A stretch of DNA of 20,000 nt from an uncultured virus (IMG/VR IMGVR_UViG_3300021958_000055) (taxonomy: Duplodnaviria; Heunggongvirae; Uroviricota; Caudoviricetes). The notes beneath the pieces were generated by a model. The model was not told the origin of the DNA and ran no database searches. It saw nothing but the letters and a program-made list of their open reading frames with translations. Where the stretch lies: the IMG/VR virus record IMGVR_UViG_3300021958_000055, one strand, 5' to 3'. The first letter of the stretch is position 1, and each line of letters starts with the position of its first letter. Shown in pieces: positions 15,785 through 20,000 of the stretch. The position numbers were made by a program, and so were the translations under genes.

Positions 15785-18469
15785 ATGTCATCTATAGCTG
15801 ATTATAAAAAACAGCATCCTGAGTATGCAAATATACCTGATATAAAATTGGCTGAAACTTTGTATGAAAAAGCATACAAAGGAAAAATTGATGAAAGTGA
15901 TTTTTATAAACAAGCATTTCCTAATATAGCTTCTAAAAGACTTAGTGAAGAAATTATATTTCCTGATGATGAATTTGGAAGTAATTTTGAATTTAAAGAA
16001 ACAGAATCAAAATTTAAACCTATAACATCTGAAATAGCTAAAGTTTCTGGTGTTGCTGTAAATGATCCTGCTTCAAGTAAAGCAAGATTTGGTGCTTCAT
16101 TAGGTTATAATCAAGAACAAAAAAAATTGGCAGTAAAAAATAGTTTATCAAAATTATATAATCAAGATGTAGATGTAAGAGTAGGTCCTAATACAGGAGA
16201 GTTAGAATATTATAATCCTAAAACTAAACAATATGCTTTAGTAGATGCACCAGGAGTTGATTTAGGTGATTTTGCAGATTTAGGAGGAGATGCTATGATT
16301 GTTATTCCAGATTTAGTTGCAACGATTGGTGTAGGAGCTGCAACAGGAGGTGCAGGAGGAATAGCGGCAGGTGCTTTAGCTGCAGGTGCAGGTGAATATG
16401 CAAGATTAAAATTAGGTCAAAAACTTTATAACATAAATGAAGATTTAACAGATCAAGAATTATTTAATGAAGCTCTTAAAACAGCAGGAATATCTCTTGC
16501 TGCTGGTACTGCTGGATTAGCAGTTGCTAATACTATTAAAGGTGTAAACAATTTAATCAAAGGAAGAATAGTTGGAGATGATGCTTTAAAAGTTTTAGAT
16601 GATGTAAAAGAACCTGATCAAATAGCTAAAACTATAAATGACACTTTAGATAAAGCTAACATAAACTCAAAAGTTAAATTTACTTTAGCACAAGCTATAG
16701 ATGATGCTGATATGTTATCAACTCAACAAGCATTTGAAAATGTAAAAAGACTTGGTTACATGAACGAATTTAGAGAATTTGGTAGAAATCAAGCAACAGC
16801 ATTAAATGATTATTTTACTGTTTTAAAATCTGGTTTTGGAACAGGTTCAGGAACTAAACCAATAAATACTTTTGATGCAGGTGTTTTAATTCAAGATGTT
16901 GTTAAAAAAAGACAAAATCCTGTTATACAAAATATTATTAAAAAACAACAACAATCAGAAGAATTACTTACAAAATCTATATTTAGACTACCTGATGGAA
17001 GTTCAAAAGTAACTGGTGTTGAAGCTAGATCAATTATAAATGATTTAGGAAAAACTTATAAACAAAATGTAGATAAAGCAGGTAAAGCGTTAGATGCTGC
17101 AACAGGTCTTAAAATGATAGATGCAGATGAAATAGCAAAAGCTCTTAAAACTCTTACAGAAAAAGAAAAAAGAAATTTAATTAGTGTTGCAAAGACAGAA
17201 GGTATATTTAAACCTGGTATTTATAAAGATTTATTATCTCCAAATGCAAAAATTATGCTTACTGATGTAAGAGAAACTATGCAAACTTTAGGAAAAAAAA
17301 TTAGAGATAAAGAAGTTGGTAGTGTTACCGGAGAAACAGTTGATGTAGGTAATTTAAAATTTTTAAATAATGCCTTTAGAACACAAGTTAAAAAAAACGC
17401 AGGAACAGAATATTTAAATGAATTAGAAAAATTTAATACTTTAGTTATAAATAATAAACAATTATTAAATAATCAAACTTTATCAAAATTAACTTCAATA
17501 GAAAATGGTATATTAAAAGTTGCAGATGAAGATGTTTTTGCAGAAACATTTAAAAGAGGTACAGGATCAGGAAAAACAGCAAGAGAAATATATGATGTAA
17601 TTAGTCAATCTCCAGATGCTTTGACTGCTTATAAAAATTCTATATATGATTTTTATAAAAGAAAAGTTTTAAAAGATAATGTTCCTAATTTAACAAGACA
17701 TAAAGCATTTATGCAAGACTACGAAGCACCTTTAAAACAATTTTTTTCACCTGCAGAGTATAGCAAAATTACTAGAATTGGTGGTTTGAAAAAATCTGTA
17801 GAAGATTTAACAAAATTAAGAAAAACAACATCTGATAAGTTAATAAAATCATTTGAGGGAAGATTAGAAACTTTAGCTCCACAAGAAATATTTAATAAAA
17901 TTTACAAACCAAATAATATTGGTGAAATTATAAAACTTAAAAACATTCTTAAAAATGATCCTGAGGTTTATAGAGCGTTTCAAAGAAATGTATTAACTGA
18001 TTTAAATGAAAGAGTTATGGCAACTTCAGACAGATTAGGAATGAAAATTATAAGTCCAAAAAGATTTGATAATTATTTAAATGGTAGTGGAGGTGAAAGA
18101 GGATATAGAGTGGCTTTAAAAGAAATATTTGGTAAAGAATATATAGGCAATTTAGATATTTTAAATAAAGCATTACAAATTACAGGAAGAAAAGGACCAT
18201 CAAGAGCAGCAGAGGGAACTGTTGGATCTGCGTTTTCTGATTTTATTAGAGCAGGTACAGGTCAATTTACTCTTACAGGTAGATTATTTACAGCTTTTAG
18301 AAGAATCGGAAAAGGTGCAAGAGAAAGAGTTATAGCCAATGCTTTACAAAATCCTCAATCTTTAAAAGAATTAATAGAATTAAGAAGATTAAAACCTAAT
18401 TCAAAAAAAGCTGCTATTATTTTAGGTAAACTTGGAGGAAGTGTATTTACTACTTCTGAAGGAGAATAA
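15785..18469 (+). CDS. Large ejection / DNA-transfer protein
   Basis: 894 aa. N-terminal HPEY..IPD.KLAE.LY.K.Y motif, a hydrophobic Gly/Ala zipper near residues 170-205, then a long Lys-rich helical region. Last gene of the virion module. Confidence 0.7.
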   Translation: MSSIADYKKQHPEYANIPDIKLAETLYEKAYKGKIDESDFYKQAFPNIASKRLSEEIIFPDDEFGSNFEFKETESKFKPITSEIAKVSGVAVNDPASSKARFGASLGYNQEQKKLAVKNSLSKLYNQDVDVRVGPNTGELEYYNPKTKQYALVDAPGVDLGDFADLGGDAMIVIPDLVATIGVGAATGGAGGIAAGALAAGAGEYARLKLGQKLYNINEDLTDQELFNEALKTAGISLAAGTAGLAVANTIKGVNNLIKGRIVGDDALKVLDDVKEPDQIAKTINDTLDKANINSKVKFTLAQAIDDADMLSTQQAFENVKRLGYMNEFREFGRNQATALNDYFTVLKSGFGTGSGTKPINTFDAGVLIQDVVKKRQNPVIQNIIKKQQQSEELLTKSIFRLPDGSSKVTGVEARSIINDLGKTYKQNVDKAGKALDAATGLKMIDADEIAKALKTLTEKEKRNLISVAKTEGIFKPGIYKDLLSPNAKIMLTDVRETMQTLGKKIRDKEVGSVTGETVDVGNLKFLNNAFRTQVKKNAGTEYLNELEKFNTLVINNKQLLNNQTLSKLTSIENGILKVADEDVFAETFKRGTGSGKTAREIYDVISQSPDALTAYKNSIYDFYKRKVLKDNVPNLTRHKAFMQDYEAPLKQFFSPAEYSKITRIGGLKKSVEDLTKLRKTTSDKLIKSFEGRLETLAPQEIFNKIYKPNNIGEIIKLKNILKNDPEVYRAFQRNVLTDLNERVMATSDRLGMKIISPKRFDNYLNGSGGERGYRVALKEIFGKEYIGNLDILNKALQITGRKGPSRAAEGTVGSAFSDFIRAGTGQFTLTGRLFTAFRRIGKGARERVIANALQNPQSLKELIELRRLKPNSKKAAIILGKLGGSVFTTSEGE

Positions 18470-18471
18470 AA

Positions 18472-18678
18472 ATGGCTACTCAATCCCAAAAAAATTCCCA
18501 AGAGATTATAAAACTTCAAGGCGAAATTAAATTGGTAAATGAGAAAATTACAACTATAAAGGACAATCACCTTGCACACCTTGACGCAAAGGTTAATACT
18601 ATTTATAAACTTTTATGGGTAGCTGTAACAATAAGTTTAAGTGGTCTAATAAACTTAGTCGTAAATCTTCTGTCTTAA
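18472..18678 (+). CDS. Coiled-coil plus C-terminal TM protein (XhlA/holin-like, tentative)
   Basis: RBS AAGGAG, heptad N-terminus, NHLAHL motif and hydrophobic tail LLWVAVTISLSGLINLVVNLLS. Confidence 0.55.
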   Translation: MATQSQKNSQEIIKLQGEIKLVNEKITTIKDNHLAHLDAKVNTIYKLLWVAVTISLSGLINLVVNLLS

Positions 18679-18977
18679 AAGGCAAACAATCTTCAATTAA
18701 AGGTACTGTTGGCGAATACGATGCAATCGCAAAACTTACAAAAGCTGGTTACTATGTAGCAAAGAGCTGTGATCCTGCTTGTCCTTTTGATATTGTTATT
18801 GTTGACAAAAATGGTAAAATACAACTTTTAGATATTAAAACAAATACATATCGTAAAAGAGCTAAAGGAAAAATATTAAAGAACAAACCTAAAGGTTCTT
18901 ATAAAATACATAGAACACCAACTAAGGAACAAAAGAAATTAGGCATAAGACTTTTGATGGTAGATTATGAAGATTAA
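18615..18977 (+). CDS. Small PD-(D/E)XK endonuclease (Hjc-like)
   Basis: KG.VGE..A...L...GY.V......PFDIV........LLDIKT provides the E, D and D-x-K catalytic motifs. Start codon uncertain (64-nt overlap with the upstream gene). Confidence 0.75.
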   Translation: MGSCNNKFKWSNKLSRKSSVLKGKQSSIKGTVGEYDAIAKLTKAGYYVAKSCDPACPFDIVIVDKNGKIQLLDIKTNTYRKRAKGKILKNKPKGSYKIHRTPTKEQKKLGIRLLMVDYED

Positions 18978-19335
18978 TGAAAACACAAATGTAAGTATGC
19001 CTTTAAAAAATATGGGTATGATAATTCTTGGCGTTGTAATGGGTGTGGTTGCATACACAGAAGTTACAGCTAGACTTACATCATTAGAAACATCAAGAGA
19101 ATTATTTTCTGCTGATTTACTTAAAAAATCAGAGCAATTACCGGTAGATCAAGAACAGCTAATGCTTTTGGAAAACCTATATAAAACTGTAGAAAAGTTA
19201 GAAAAGAATCAAGAACAAAATATGACTAATAAAGTTAATATACAATTTTTAAAAGACCAAGTAGAGAAAGCATTAAAAGATATTGAAAAATTAAAAGACA
19301 AACAAAGAGAGTTTGCTAATGGTAACGGACACTAA
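18967..19335 (+). CDS. N-terminal TM plus coiled-coil protein
   Basis: Hydrophobic MGMIILGVVMGVVAY followed by long heptad repeats. Confidence 0.65.
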   Translation: MKINENTNVSMPLKNMGMIILGVVMGVVAYTEVTARLTSLETSRELFSADLLKKSEQLPVDQEQLMLLENLYKTVEKLEKNQEQNMTNKVNIQFLKDQVEKALKDIEKLKDKQREFANGNGH

Positions 19336-19504
19336 AAAAGGTATTAAACATAATGGTAAATCAAGACCATTTAATGAAGCCTATAAAAATGGTTGGAATG
19401 AAATATATCTTAATAAAGTATTAAAAGAAGAAGTTGAGATAGGTGCTAATGGCACACAAAAATATGTAATTAAAGAGGGAAAAAATAAAGGTAAAGTATT
19501 ATGA
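19319..19504 (+). CDS. Small basic hypothetical protein (ATG 19319 likely)
   Basis: In-frame ATG two codons after TTG 19313. Motifs GKSRP.N..Y..GW.EI and G.NGTQ.Y.IK.G.NKGK. Confidence 0.55.
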   Translation: MVTDTKKGIKHNGKSRPFNEAYKNGWNEIYLNKVLKEEVEIGANGTQKYVIKEGKNKGKVL

Positions 19505-19719
19505 TTGTTCAAGGCGTTGTAGCTTTATGTATGTTTATTAATGGTGAGTTAAAAGAACATAGAATACAACCAGCTATGTCTGATTGTTTAAAAGGTAAAA
19601 GAGAAGCTAGTAGAGATTTAAAATCCAACATGGAATATAAATGTGGTAAAGTTCAAGCCGAATTAGAAACCAATATAGATGGCAGTAAATCTATAAAGAA
19701 AATTATTAAGGATGAATAA
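19501..19719 (+). CDS. Small Cys-containing hypothetical protein
   Basis: ATGA coupling. VVALCMF.NG.L.EH, MS.CLK.KR.A.R and Y.C motifs. Confidence 0.65.
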   Translation: MIVQGVVALCMFINGELKEHRIQPAMSDCLKGKREASRDLKSNMEYKCGKVQAELETNIDGSKSIKKIIKDE

Positions 19720-19823
19720 TGGATTTTATATACAGAATTATAGAAAAGATCAGTTCAAAAATAAGTACATGGTGTTGGCACAAAAGAGTTAATTTACTTT
19801 ACAAAAAAAGAGATAAGAAATGA
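19719..19823 (+). CDS. Unannotated 34-aa Trp/Lys-rich micropeptide MDFIYRIIEKISSKISTWCWHKRVNLLYKKRDKK
   Basis: TAATG coupling with AAGGA upstream. Paralogous to 6199..6288. Confidence 0.75.
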   Translation: MDFIYRIIEKISSKISTWCWHKRVNLLYKKRDKK

Positions 19824-19921
19824 ATATAGGATTTAGACCATCACCTTCTCAACCTAACCCACCTATGAATCGGAAACTGTTGAAAACTGTTGTTATTGAT
19901 GAATCTAACAAGGAGAAACCC

Positions 19922-19987
19922 ATGAAATACATTAAAAAATTATGGAAAAAATATATGGACTGGTTGTTCAAAGACTTTTATAAATAA
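19922..19987 (+). CDS. Unannotated 21-aa cationic amphipathic peptide MKYIKKLWKKYMDWLFKDFYK (or a 55-aa form from ATG 19820)
   Basis: AAGGAG lies 6 nt before ATG 19922. The same frame is open from ATG 19820, which overlaps the previous stop (ATGA). Confidence 0.6.
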   Translation: MKYIKKLWKKYMDWLFKDFYK

Positions 19988-20000
19988 CTTATGTGGATGA

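Noticed and set aside
16325..16395. Short GCAGG(A/T) tandem-like repeats
   Set aside because: Explained by Ala-Gly codons of the glycine-zipper segment. Not a CRISPR array or an independent DNA repeat.
18355..18579. 74-aa minus-strand ORF
   Set aside because: Antisense across a gene junction that has a strong + strand RBS.
19991..20000. ATG TGG ATG at the window end, possibly the start of a further gene
   Set aside because: Only three codons are visible, which is too little to call.

Overview
AT-rich, gene-dense segment of a tailed dsDNA phage (podovirus type), with every credible gene on the + strand. It holds nearly the whole virion morphogenesis operon: portal C-terminus, scaffold, major capsid, putative head decoration proteins, adaptor and nozzle, a long tail fibre, five tandem paralogous putative receptor-binding proteins, a tail-assembly chaperone, a GNAT-like protein and the ejection/internal virion proteins. 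A distal cluster of small membrane/lysis-type genes and a PD-(D/E)XK nuclease follows. Gene order, protein motifs and composition resemble marine SAR11 HTVC010P-like pelagiphages (my recognition, not a database result). The most notable observations are: (1) a 2+3 array of paralogous receptor-domain genes with shared anchor segments; (2) a family of translationally coupled Trp/Lys-rich micropeptides missed by the ORF track, including a clearly paralogous pair 13.5 kb apart; (3) a possible pseudoknot or kissing-loop RNA right after the capsid stop codon. I found no rRNA, tRNA, CRISPR array, integrase or reverse transcriptase.
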